The notes: generated by a model from the letters alone, not told the origin. Numbered from the stretch's first letter, positions 1 to 8,375 are shown. The stretch is DNA of 32,000 nucleotides from Bacillota bacterium (GCA_023443745.1 JAEZTB010000042.1:110402-142401); one strand, 5' to 3'. A program made the numbers and translations.

Positions 1-782
1 GGGAAAACTACAAGCTTGATAAAAGCCTTCCTCATTATTTTGGTAAGGTTCCAGTCATATATTATGAAAACAATGACGAGGGCCTAGGGGACTTTGATAA
101 GATTGTTACTCTCATAGACGATTACGATAAGAGAGAGTCGGATAACTCAAATGAACTTGAAGCTTTTCGCTTTGCCTATTTGAAAATCAAAAATATGTCA
201 AACACAAGTGATGACGATATAGCTCGAGCGAAAAAAATCAAGGCTTTTTTTGTTGATGGTGATGGTGATGTTAGTTTTGTAGAAAAGAATATCAATGATG
301 GTTTCTCGGAACATCACTTGGAACGACTTGATAAGAATATTCATAAGTTTTCCAAGATACCCAACCTATCAGATGAAGCTTTTGGCGGTAATTTATCCGG
401 CGTAGCCATTAAGTTCAAGCTTTGGCCGATCGAGCAGCTGGCCATAGCAAAAGAACGCAAGTTCAAAACTGCATTGAAGCGCAGAATAAGGCTCATTTGT
501 GAGATATTCAGGATCAAGGCAAAGAACTACAATTGGAAAGATGTCGGTTTTACATTTAAACGAAATATGCCGTCCAACCTGCTTGAATTGGCTCAGATGA
601 TACCCAATATGGCGGGTACATTGTCAAACCGGACAATAATTAGCCAGATGCCTTTTGTTGAGGATCCGGATGAAGAGATCCGGCAACTTAAAGAAGAGCA
701 GAATGATCCTGATTCATATAGCGATTTCTTTAAAAAATCGGCTCTAAAGCAGGGTGAACGCCATGAAGAAGAAAAAGAATGA
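1..782 (+). CDS. Phage portal protein, SPP1 gp6-like, C-terminal part (5' end outside window)
   Basis: Frame 3 is open from base 3 (ENYKLDKSLPHYFGKVPVIYYENNDEGLGDFDKIVTLIDDYDKRESDNSNELEAFRFAYLKIKNM...). It has an acidic C-terminal tail and lies immediately upstream of the MuF/gp7 gene, as in SPP1-type head modules. Confidence 0.8.
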   Translation, partial: ENYKLDKSLPHYFGKVPVIYYENNDEGLGDFDKIVTLIDDYDKRESDNSNELEAFRFAYLKIKNMSNTSDDDIARAKKIKAFFVDGDGDVSFVEKNINDGFSEHHLERLDKNIHKFSKIPNLSDEAFGGNLSGVAIKFKLWPIEQLAIAKERKFKTALKRRIRLICEIFRIKAKNYNWKDVGFTFKRNMPSNLLELAQMIPNMAGTLSNRTIISQMPFVEDPDEEIRQLKEEQNDPDSYSDFFKKSALKQGERHEEEKE

Positions 783-2175
783 CATTTTAGAAAAAACAGT
801 AGCTATTGCCGATGACACCTTTAAAAAAGCAGAAAAACTTGGGGTTATTTTACAGGATGAATATATCTATACCCTTGAGGAGATGCAGAAAAGTATCGCA
901 GATTTTTACAGGAAGTATGCAAAAGAAACCGGAATGACCTATCAGGATGCTGTAAAATATCTCTCAAATGTTGAGCTTAAGCCATTTCGACATAAGATAA
1001 AAAAGTATACTCAGCTCATTAATAATGGTGATTTAGGTCTACTTGAGAGATTGAGGGCATTGGACACCAAAGAAAAAATAACCCGGCTTGAAAGCCTTAT
1101 AGCAGAAATAAACATAGAGCTGTACAAGCTGACATCTGCTAATGAAAATGCTTTAACGGAGCATCTTACAGAGTTATGTAAGAATACATATGAAGGTGTT
1201 GCAAATATTTTAGAGGGGAATCCCCATTTAAAGACATCCTTCGGAAAGCTGAACACCAGCCTGATTAATGAAACTATTAATATTAACTTCCCATGGTCGG
1301 GTGAGAGTTTCAGTGAAGCATTATGGGGTAATACGCAAAAGCTCTCCAGAGAGGTTAAGCGCGAGTTGGTGCGAGGCTTTACAAGAGGCTCAACAGTTCC
1401 CAAAATGGCATCCAATTTGTCAAAAACCATGGAAAGATCATATAAAGATGCTTTGAGGGTGGTAAGAACGGAGTCGGCTTATGTGCTGAATAAAACAAGC
1501 CTGCAAAGCTATAGTGATAGTGGTGTGGTCACTGCTGTTGAGTTTCTGGCCGTTCTGGACGGCAATACATCGGCGTTATGTTTTAACCTCAATGGTGATG
1601 TTATTTTGCTTGACAAGGCTGTACCGGGGGAAAATATTCCTCCCCTCCACCCTAATTGCCGTTCAACAACTATACCGGTTATTGACGACACAGAAGAATA
1701 TGTCGGTAAAATTGATATGGATCCTAAAAACGTGAACAAGGCTCTGGTGAAATATGAGGATAGGATATATAATCAACCTATAGAATATGCCTATACCATA
1801 TTGCCGGATGGGAATGTATATAAGATTACCGGCAATACGAGCGAGGTTCACCCGGAAAACATGGGGTTAGGCCTTAAAGGTGCGATAATAACACATAACC
1901 ACCCAGCGAATTCGAGCGAAGGCGGGTTTAGTAAAGATGATATCCGTTTCTTCTCAGAGTCCAAGCTGAAAGAACTTAGATTGGTGGACAAGGATTTTCG
2001 ATATTCATTGAGCGGAACAACTGGTGATATCGACACATATAAAAAAGCCATAAAAAATGTATGGAACACATATGATGTAGACGAATTGGACGATAGACAA
2101 ACACTATTGCATATATATGCAGAGGAATTTGCAAAGCTCACTGGAGCCAGATATACCCGTAAAGAAAGGAAATAG
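763..2175 (+). CDS. Head morphogenesis protein, Phage_Mu_F / SPP1 gp7 family, with an extra C-terminal RadC/JAB-like domain
   Basis: MuF-type core with the ...PPLHPNCRSTTIP motif (about nt 1640-1670). The C-terminal ~140 aa contain GNTSEVHPEN...GAIITHNHPANSSEGGFSKDDI (nt 1894-1941 = HNHP...SKDD). ATG 763 follows AGGGTG. GTG 754 is an alternative start. Confidence 0.8.
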   Translation: MKKKKNDILEKTVAIADDTFKKAEKLGVILQDEYIYTLEEMQKSIADFYRKYAKETGMTYQDAVKYLSNVELKPFRHKIKKYTQLINNGDLGLLERLRALDTKEKITRLESLIAEINIELYKLTSANENALTEHLTELCKNTYEGVANILEGNPHLKTSFGKLNTSLINETININFPWSGESFSEALWGNTQKLSREVKRELVRGFTRGSTVPKMASNLSKTMERSYKDALRVVRTESAYVLNKTSLQSYSDSGVVTAVEFLAVLDGNTSALCFNLNGDVILLDKAVPGENIPPLHPNCRSTTIPVIDDTEEYVGKIDMDPKNVNKALVKYEDRIYNQPIEYAYTILPDGNVYKITGNTSEVHPENMGLGLKGAIITHNHPANSSEGGFSKDDIRFFSESKLKELRLVDKDFRYSLSGTTGDIDTYKKAIKNVWNTYDVDELDDRQTLLHIYAEEFAKLTGARYTRKERK

Positions 2176-2176
2176 T

Positions 2177-2425
2177 ATGTTAGACCAAGATACGCTTGAC
2201 TTCATTGACACTTTTTTAGAGAAAAATAGAAAAGTGATTAGTGAAAATATGTTTGAAAAAGCCAAGGATGAATATACCTCAATTTATGAGGAGTATTACA
2301 AAAAAGCATCTAAAATCAAGCATAGTGGTGGTCTTGATGGCTCCGATGTTCCATTTCAAATTAGTTTAGATAAAGAAATCATGAAAAATATTAAACAGTT
2401 CAAACAGAAATACAACATTATCTGA
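2177..2425 (+). CDS. Hypothetical 82-aa helical protein, coupled to the MuF gene (candidate partner/immunity protein)
   Basis: ATG 2177 lies 1 nt after the MuF stop (TAG 2173-2175) with AAGGAAA just upstream. It is the same frame as track ORF 2117..2425. Sequence: MLDQDTLDFIDTFLEKNRK...KQKYNII. Confidence 0.6.
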   Translation: MLDQDTLDFIDTFLEKNRKVISENMFEKAKDEYTSIYEEYYKKASKIKHSGGLDGSDVPFQISLDKEIMKNIKQFKQKYNII

Positions 2426-2462
2426 TTTGACAAATTATTTGCGAAATTAACCATTTGATTAG

Positions 2463-2487
2463 AAACACCCATGAGGGTGTTTTTATT
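2463..2487 (+). terminator. Rho-independent terminator-like hairpin after the small ORF
   Basis: AAACACCC-ATGA-GGGTGTTT followed by TTATT. It lies in the 95-bp gap before the scaffold gene. Confidence 0.55.
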
Positions 2488-2520
2488 ATACTCAAAATCG
2501 TTTTATAGGAGGTTTTACAC

Positions 2521-3141
2521 ATGTTTCTTGGAAAGCATTTTTTATGTTTATCCCCTGATGGTGGTGCTGCAGGTGGCGGGTCAGGTGGAGGCGCTGCCGG
2601 TGAATCCGGATCGGGTGAAGGAACCAAGGCCGGTGAACAGAGCAGGGGCAGTCAAGAAGGTATCGAGCTGCCAAAGTCAGCTGATGAGCTAACTAAGATT
2701 ATTCAAGCAGAAACTGCAAAAGCGGTAACGGAAGCCACTGAAAAACTGACAACAGAGTTTAACACCAAGCTTGAGACCGAAAAGACAGAAGCGGTCAGAC
2801 TTGCGAAGCTCAGTGGAGAAGAGCGCGAAAAGGAGCAGGAAAAGAAACGCAAGGATGAATTGGATCAGCGCGAGTCTACTATCAAGCAGCAGGAGCTTAC
2901 TTTAAAAGCTACGGATATGCTTACCGCAAAAAACCTGCCGCTTGAGATCAGAAGCATGGTCATCGGGAAGGATGAAGCTGATACCAAATCCAGGATTGAA
3001 GCGTTTGAAGGTGTTTTTCAAAAAGCTGTTGAGGCGGCTGTATCCGCGAAGCTTGCCGGAAGTGCAAAGCCCGGTGCGGGCAAAGAACCGGACGAGGAAG
3101 CTGCTATCCGGTCCGAAATTGCCAGAGGTTTGGGCATATAA
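2521..3141 (+). CDS. Capsid scaffolding protein (DUF4355-like)
   Basis: AGGAGG lies 8 nt upstream of the ATG. Gly-rich N-terminus (SPDGGAAGGGSGGG), then an E/K-rich coiled-coil-like body. Position between MuF and the major capsid gene fits. Confidence 0.7.
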   Translation: MFLGKHFLCLSPDGGAAGGGSGGGAAGESGSGEGTKAGEQSRGSQEGIELPKSADELTKIIQAETAKAVTEATEKLTTEFNTKLETEKTEAVRLAKLSGEEREKEQEKKRKDELDQRESTIKQQELTLKATDMLTAKNLPLEIRSMVIGKDEADTKSRIEAFEGVFQKAVEAAVSAKLAGSAKPGAGKEPDEEAAIRSEIARGLGI

Positions 3142-3161
3142 CGAATAGGAGGATTTTTTAA

Positions 3162-4085
3162 ATGGCTAATCTTATTGAAAAGGCAAAAATATTCCAACAG
3201 GAGCTTGATAAACAGATGCTTGCCGGTGCTACATCCGGATGGATGGAAGATAATGCCGGTCAGGTAAAGTACAATGGCGGCAGCGAGGTCAAGATACCTA
3301 AAATCTCTATGGACGGCCTTGGAGATTATGACAGAGAAGAAGGGTTTGCGCAGGGTTCGGTTACCCTTTCCTTTGAAACGAAGACATTAACCCAGGACAG
3401 ATCCAGATCGTTTATGCTGGATAGCATGGATGTGAATGAATCTAATTTTATTGCGAACGCATCCAAGGTTATCGGTGAATTCCAGCGAACTAAGGTTATA
3501 CCTGAAGTCGATGCATACCGTTACTCGTCCATCACAGCACAAGCCATCGCTAAAGCAAAAGCAACAGGTGGCTATACTGCCGCTGCTGCAAGCATTCTGA
3601 CCAAAATCCAGGATGACATCAACGCTATACAGGATGTTACCGGAGAAATACAGCTGATGATCATACTCAGCGGTGCCATTGCCGGTTTGCTCGACAGCTC
3701 TTCCGAGATTCAGAAGAAGCTCAGTGTTATCGACTTTGCTCGAGGTGAATTAAAGCTGAAGGTAAAAGGAATTGATATTCATCCTATCATCCGGGTTCCA
3801 TCAGCACGAATGAAGTCAGCTTATGTTTTCAATAATGGTAAAACTGCCGGGCAGGAAGCCGGAGGCTTTACACCGGCAGTCGGGGCTAAAAATGTCAACT
3901 GGATCATTATTCCGCGGACAGAACCAATTGCTGTGTCAAAAACCGACACCCTCAGAATATTTGATCCGGCCACCAATCAAAAGGCTGATGCCTGGAAGAT
4001 CGACTATAGGAAGTATCATGATCTGTGGATCAAAGACAATGCTTTTGATGCTATCCGTGTCAATATAAAAGAAGCATTGGCGTAA
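3162..4085 (+). CDS. Major capsid protein
   Basis: 307 aa with a strong AGGAGG RBS. It lies directly after the scaffold gene, and the size and position fit the XkdG-type capsid gene. Confidence 0.75.
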   Translation: MANLIEKAKIFQQELDKQMLAGATSGWMEDNAGQVKYNGGSEVKIPKISMDGLGDYDREEGFAQGSVTLSFETKTLTQDRSRSFMLDSMDVNESNFIANASKVIGEFQRTKVIPEVDAYRYSSITAQAIAKAKATGGYTAAAASILTKIQDDINAIQDVTGEIQLMIILSGAIAGLLDSSSEIQKKLSVIDFARGELKLKVKGIDIHPIIRVPSARMKSAYVFNNGKTAGQEAGGFTPAVGAKNVNWIIIPRTEPIAVSKTDTLRIFDPATNQKADAWKIDYRKYHDLWIKDNAFDAIRVNIKEALA

Positions 4086-4097
4086 GGGGATATATGA

Positions 4098-4568
4098 ATG
4101 TTTACGCTTCAGAAACTTAATGTTGTCAAGGTGGTTGACTCCGAAGCCAAGAAAAACTTCTTGATTTCTCAGGGATTTGCATTGCTATCTGATGCCGATG
4201 AGCCTGATCAGGATGATGATCAACCCCCTGCAGCTGGTGAGCCTGGCAAGGGTAATGATCAACCTCCTGCAGCTGGTGAGCCCGGTCAGAGTGATGATCA
4301 ACCTCCTGCAGCCGATGAGCCCGATCATGATGATGAGCAACCCCCTGTAGCCGATGAGCCCGGTCAGGGTAGTGATCAACCTCCTGCAGCTGGTGAGCCT
4401 GGTCAGGTTGATGATCAACCTCCTGCAGCCGATGAGCCTGGTCAGGTTGATGATCAACCCCCGGCAGCCGATGAGCCCGGTCAAGGTGAAGACCAGCCTC
4501 CAGAAACTATAAGACCAAGGAGAGCGACATCACGGAACTCTACACCTAGGAAAAGAAGCACTAAATAA
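4098..4568 (+). CDS. Acidic Pro-rich tandem-repeat protein with a basic C-terminal tail (possible head decoration or accessory protein)
   Basis: AAGGGGA RBS 7 nt upstream. 35-aa N-terminal domain (MFTLQKLNVVKVVDSEAKKNFLISQGFALL), then about 8 copies of DQPPAA(G/D)EPGQxD, then TIRPRRATSRNSTPRKRSTK. Confidence 0.7.
   Translation: MFTLQKLNVVKVVDSEAKKNFLISQGFALLSDADEPDQDDDQPPAAGEPGKGNDQPPAAGEPGQSDDQPPAADEPDHDDEQPPVADEPGQGSDQPPAAGEPGQVDDQPPAADEPGQVDDQPPAADEPGQGEDQPPETIRPRRATSRNSTPRKRSTK
4192..4505 (+). repeat. 39-bp in-frame tandem repeat, 7 full units (4218-4490) plus partial units at each end
   Basis: Units start at 4218, 4257, 4296, 4335, 4374, 4413 and 4452 (gatcaacc[t/c]cctgcagc[t/c]g[g/a]tgagcc[t/c]ggtcag...). 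The region is locally GC-rich relative to its flanks. Confidence 0.95.
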
Positions 4569-4595
4569 TCACCATTACCTAAAAGGAGTTGTAAT

Positions 4596-4910
4596 ATGGC
4601 CATGGATAATGAAAGCATTCTGATTGAGCTTAAGGCAAGAAATGTTATAGCAGCATCTGATGAACCAAAGATACTAAGCTACATAAAGCAGATGAAATCA
4701 AAATCCATGGCCTACTGCAACCTAACAGAGCTACCGGATGGTTTATTTTATACCCTTGTGGAAATGGTTGAACAGCGCATGGGTGTGAACCAAGTATCCA
4801 GTATCACCAGAGGTGACACAACTATAAAGTATGCCGTTCCGACTCCTGATGAAATCATTTCAAATTTCCAATCTGAACTGAATAAATTCAAGAGGATGAA
4901 AATGATATGA
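4596..4910 (+). CDS. Head-tail connector protein (gp6-like)
   Basis: 104 aa with an AAGGAG RBS. Its position after the capsid gene, and its size and pattern, are typical of Phage_connect_1-type proteins. Confidence 0.5.
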   Translation: MAMDNESILIELKARNVIAASDEPKILSYIKQMKSKSMAYCNLTELPDGLFYTLVEMVEQRMGVNQVSSITRGDTTIKYAVPTPDEIISNFQSELNKFKRMKMI

Positions 4911-5272
4911 ACGCTGCTGATATACTTGCAAGCACATACAATGACCGTTGTGATGTCTATGGCTATGGAAAAACAGTGGTAAACGGTGTTACAAAATTTA
5001 AAGACGTTTTGAAGTATACGGCTTTGGAATGTGCATTGTCGAAGGAGTCTTTAGCTAAGGTATCCGGTAGTAATGTGGCTGAAATAAAAGCCAGCCAAAA
5101 GGTCTTTTTCAGACCGGATGCTGATATTCAGGAAGGTGATAAACTTAGGATCACTCAGCAGGGCAGCAGTTCGCCCAGGGACTACAAGGCAGGCGAGGTG
5201 TTCAGGTATTCCGGCTCTCATTTGGAGGTCCAGGTCACAAGGGATGATATAGCAAGGCGTGATAATGTATGA
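4907..5272 (+). CDS. Head closure / head-tail adaptor protein
   Basis: 121 aa. ATGA start/stop overlap with the upstream gene. Call rests on its position in the neck module. Confidence 0.5.
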   Translation: MNAADILASTYNDRCDVYGYGKTVVNGVTKFKDVLKYTALECALSKESLAKVSGSNVAEIKASQKVFFRPDADIQEGDKLRITQQGSSSPRDYKAGEVFRYSGSHLEVQVTRDDIARRDNV

Positions 5273-5751
5273 ATAGCAATCGCCGCATAAACTCAGCTAA
5301 TATCAAGAAATTTCGCAAAGAGCTTCAGACTATGCTGGAAGACATCAAAAAAATTGACAAAAAGGTGCTCAATAAAGCCATGATGGAAGGCCTGCGGGTG
5401 GTCAAAGTAAATACTCCTGTTGGTAATTACCCCAGCGAGGTGCATTTTACAACAAAGGATGGCAAGGAAGTCCGCTTTAATGTGCCTAAATTGGTCGGAG
5501 GACACTTGCGCAGGAATTGGTTTATAACGGTAACCGATACTGGTAACGGCGTTGAAGCAGAATTGTTTAACAATGTCGAGTATGCTCCTTATGTAAATTA
5601 CGGGCATCGGGTCAGGAATAGAGCTGGTGCAACGGTTGGATTCGTAAAGGGCAAATTTATGCTAGAAAAAGCAATGGCAGCGGTTGATAGGAGAATCGGA
5701 ACTGAGTTTCGCAAAGAGGTTGAGAGGTTGAATAAAGATCATGATAAATGA
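5269..5751 (+). CDS. HK97 gp10-family neck/tail-joining protein
   Basis: 160 aa with ATGA overlap. The motif ...NNVEYAPYVNYGHR... resembles the HK97-gp10 family signature. Confidence 0.6.
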   Translation: MNSNRRINSANIKKFRKELQTMLEDIKKIDKKVLNKAMMEGLRVVKVNTPVGNYPSEVHFTTKDGKEVRFNVPKLVGGHLRRNWFITVTDTGNGVEAELFNNVEYAPYVNYGHRVRNRAGATVGFVKGKFMLEKAMAAVDRRIGTEFRKEVERLNKDHDK

Positions 5752-6151
5752 TGTAAAACAGGCTATTACGAATAAGTTAATGGAACTCTTCCCACCTGCC
5801 GAGGGTTACACAGTTTACGATGAAGATATTCCTCAAAACTTTGATGAACGCTCTTTTATGATTCACATGCATGATCAGGATTATAGCAAGCTCATTGGGA
5901 ACAGATTCAAGAGTTTGCTTTCTTTTGATATTGCATATTTCACCGACAGTGAGCTTGATGCTCAATCCGACTATCACCGGGTACAGATGGAGCTGCTGCG
6001 TATCAATATGTTTGGCAGCTACAGACCACTTAAAAAGAAGGCTAATATTACTGATAATGTGCTGCATTTTACATTCAACATCCGTTATGCTGAGCTAAAA
6101 GCAGAGGACTATAATCCCATGCAGCAGCATGAAACCCATACAAATATTTAA
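5741..6151 (+). CDS. Tail terminator / tail completion protein (XkdJ position)
   Basis: 136 aa. It overlaps the upstream gene by 11 nt and lies immediately before the sheath gene. Confidence 0.5.
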   Translation: MINDVKQAITNKLMELFPPAEGYTVYDEDIPQNFDERSFMIHMHDQDYSKLIGNRFKSLLSFDIAYFTDSELDAQSDYHRVQMELLRINMFGSYRPLKKKANITDNVLHFTFNIRYAELKAEDYNPMQQHETHTNI

Positions 6152-6169
6152 AGAAAGAAGGTTGTAAGT

Positions 6170-7219
6170 ATGGCTGGATCATGGATAAGTCAAAACAAAA
6201 TTCTTCCGGGTGCCTACATTAATTTTCTGACAAATGCCCCTCTCTCCATTACACCGGGAGACAGGGGCACGGTTGTATTATTACAGGAAATGAGCGTAGG
6301 TGCCAAAAGCGAAATATATGTTATAACAGCAACGGATCAAAGTGAGTATCCTGATGGAATTACTGCAGCTGACAAGATGCTTGTCAACGAAGCCTTAAAG
6401 GGAGCCAAGACCGTAATCATTTACAATTTGGGTAATGCTGCACACACAGCTGCCGATATTGAAACAGCTTTAGCAGCTTTAAGAACCGTAGTATTTGATG
6501 TGCTTGTCTATCCCCACGATGATGCGGCGCATGTCGCTATCAAGCCTGTAATTACAGCTTGGATAAAAGCTATGCGTGAGGATGAGGGTGTAAAGGTGCA
6601 AGGTGTGCTTGCCAACCACAAAGCAGACAGTGAAGCGGTTATAAATGTGACACAGGGTGTGGAATTGGTCGATGGTACTGTGCTTACCGCTGCACAGACC
6701 ACCGCGTGGGTGGCTGGAGCTGCAGCAGGTGCAAGTATCAATCAATCCAATACTGGAAGAAAATATGTCGGGGCTATTGATGTTGTACCGAGGATGACTA
6801 AAACCGAAATGGAAGCTGCCATTACCGCTGGTGAATTTATTTTTAAGGTTGACAGTGCACAAAATGTGACGTCCGTATATGACATCAATTCACTAACCAC
6901 TATAACACCTGATAAAGGTGCTCAGTTTAAAAAGAACCGAGTAATACGCACTGTTGACAGCATTAATAATGACATCACGAATATTTTCGAGAGCAACTAT
7001 GTTGGCAAGATAAACAACAATCTGGATGGCAGATCTCTGCTCAGAGCAACCCTGATTGAATATTTTGGGGAGCTCCAGCGGCTTAATGCCATACAAAATT
7101 TTGACGCAGAGGATGTGACTGTAACCTCTGGAACAGCGTCCGATGCTGTAGTTATTAATTGTTACATTCAGCCTGTCGACAGCGTTGAAAAGATTTACAT
7201 CACTGTTGCACTAATCTAG
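6170..7219 (+). CDS. Contractile tail sheath protein (XkdK-like)
   Basis: 349 aa. The N-terminus ...ILPGAYINF... is typical of phage tail sheath proteins, and the tube gene follows. Confidence 0.85.
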   Translation: MAGSWISQNKILPGAYINFLTNAPLSITPGDRGTVVLLQEMSVGAKSEIYVITATDQSEYPDGITAADKMLVNEALKGAKTVIIYNLGNAAHTAADIETALAALRTVVFDVLVYPHDDAAHVAIKPVITAWIKAMREDEGVKVQGVLANHKADSEAVINVTQGVELVDGTVLTAAQTTAWVAGAAAGASINQSNTGRKYVGAIDVVPRMTKTEMEAAITAGEFIFKVDSAQNVTSVYDINSLTTITPDKGAQFKKNRVIRTVDSINNDITNIFESNYVGKINNNLDGRSLLRATLIEYFGELQRLNAIQNFDAEDVTVTSGTASDAVVINCYIQPVDSVEKIYITVALI

Positions 7220-7235
7220 AAAGGAGGGTCAAACT

Positions 7236-7715
7236 GTGAGTAATGGCAATTATACAAAGCTGACCGATACCATATCGGCAACAGAGGGTAAGGCATACAT
7301 CACTATAAATGGCTTAAACAGAGAGCTTTTTGAAATATCAAAATTAGAAGCTCACCTGGAAATGATCATTCAAGGCAGACGAATGCTAGGGCACCGAATG
7401 ACGCAGCACAAGGTTACTGGCGCAGAAGGTAAAGGCAGCATGACCATGTACTTTATGAACAGCGATATGCTGAAGCTTGCTATCGCCTACATAAAAAAAG
7501 GTTCTTATGGCGGCATAAAGATACAGGTAAAGAATGAAGATGAACAGTCCACAATAGGCACTCAGGAGGTTGTGCTCCAAAATATCATATTGGGCACGAT
7601 TCCTGTAACCACACTTGATGATCAATCCGAAGATCCAATAACCATTGACACGGATTTCACTTTTGACGACATCGATGGCCTAAGCTATTTCAACTTACCG
7701 GAAAATTACAGATGA
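7236..7715 (+). CDS. Tail tube protein (XkdM-like)
   Basis: 159 aa. GTG start with an AGGAGGG RBS. Position between the sheath and chaperone genes fits. Confidence 0.8.
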   Translation: MSNGNYTKLTDTISATEGKAYITINGLNRELFEISKLEAHLEMIIQGRRMLGHRMTQHKVTGAEGKGSMTMYFMNSDMLKLAIAYIKKGSYGGIKIQVKNEDEQSTIGTQEVVLQNIILGTIPVTTLDDQSEDPITIDTDFTFDDIDGLSYFNLPENYR

Positions 7716-7716
7716 C

Positions 7717-7745
7717 AAGAGCAGAAAAAAATCTGCTCTTTTTTT
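7717..7745 (+). terminator. Hairpin plus T-run after the tube gene (likely partial terminator/attenuator)
   Basis: AAGAGCAGA-AAAAAA-TCTGCTCTT followed by TTTTT, 2 nt after the tube stop codon. Confidence 0.55.
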
Positions 7746-7761
7746 GAGGAGGAAATTTTTT

Positions 7762-8163
7762 ATGAGTTCTTTGAAAGCATTTTTAAATCCTATTCAGGTT
7801 GAAAACAAGGAAGTTATTGTATCTAACCGTTTCGTTGAAAATGGGAAGCCGGTGCCTTTTATAATCCGGCCTATCACGCAAAAAGAAAATGAGCAGCTCA
7901 TTAAGAAGCACACCAGGAAGGATAAAAAGAATGAAGAAGTTCTTAACCGTACAGAGTATGTACAGTCTTTGGTTGCACGTGCGGTAGTCTCCCCTGATCT
8001 GGCTGACGCTGAGCTGCAAAAGAAATACGGTCTTGGCGAAACAGAAGTACTAAAGAATATGCTTTTTGTGGGCGAATTTGCTGAGTTATCACAGGCTGTG
8101 CAAGAGCTTAGCGGACTTGATACCAATATTAACGATGACATTGAAGAAGTAAAAAACGCATAA
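7762..8163 (+). CDS. Tail assembly chaperone (XkdN-like), zero-frame product
   Basis: ATG 7762 lies 9 nt after GAGGAGG. The TTG at 7744 in the track falls inside the RBS. Position between the tube and tape measure genes fits. Confidence 0.75.
   Translation: MSSLKAFLNPIQVENKEVIVSNRFVENGKPVPFIIRPITQKENEQLIKKHTRKDKKNEEVLNRTEYVQSLVARAVVSPDLADAELQKKYGLGETEVLKNMLFVGEFAELSQAVQELSGLDTNINDDIEEVKNA
8151..8157 (+). promoter_or_regulatory. -1 programmed ribosomal frameshift slippery heptamer A_AAA_AAC
   Basis: The zero frame reads GTA AAA AAC GCA TAA. The -1 frame is open from 8145 to 8375 and ends 1 nt into the tape measure ATG. Confidence 0.65.
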
Positions 8164-8375
8164 GGCAAGGTGACGCAGAATTCAACTTGGCTCACTTTGC
8201 CTTACAAAAGCTCCATATAAGGCCCAAGGTGCTTGTTGGGGAAGGTTCTATAAATGAACCTATAGATGAAAAAGAACGTGCCTTCATATATGGCAGCATC
8301 CAGCTTCGCGCGGAGACTGAGAATAAAAATACCCCTAAAAACAAAGCAAGGAAAGGTGGTAGAAGAATAAAATAA
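8157..8375 (+). CDS. -1 frame extension of the tail chaperone (G/GT-type fusion product 7762..8157 + 8157..8375)
   Basis: The -1 ORF (track 8187..8375) has no convincing RBS or ATG of its own (TTG only), overlaps the end of the chaperone gene, and has a basic C-terminus (KNKARKGGRRIK). Confidence 0.6.
   Translation, partial: RIRQGDAEFNLAHFALQKLHIRPKVLVGEGSINEPIDEKERAFIYGSIQLRAETENKNTPKNKARKGGRRIK

Noticed and set aside
2418-2692. Overlapping short ORFs on both strands around the scaffold start (2418..2627 -, 2471..2692 +, 2492..2674 -)
   Set aside because: They are caused by the GC-rich Gly/Ala-coding stretch of the scaffold N-terminus. The scaffold frame has the strong AGGAGG RBS and continues into a long coherent protein.
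4185-4484. 99-aa ORF on the - strand across the tandem repeat
   Set aside because: It is a mirror image of the in-frame 39-bp repeat. Its open frame is a by-product of repeat periodicity, it has no RBS, and its protein is an equally repetitive low-complexity array.
4192-4505. Possible CRISPR array
   Set aside because: The units are directly adjacent with no spacers. The 39-bp period is a multiple of 3, lies in frame within a CDS, and diverges mainly at wobble positions.
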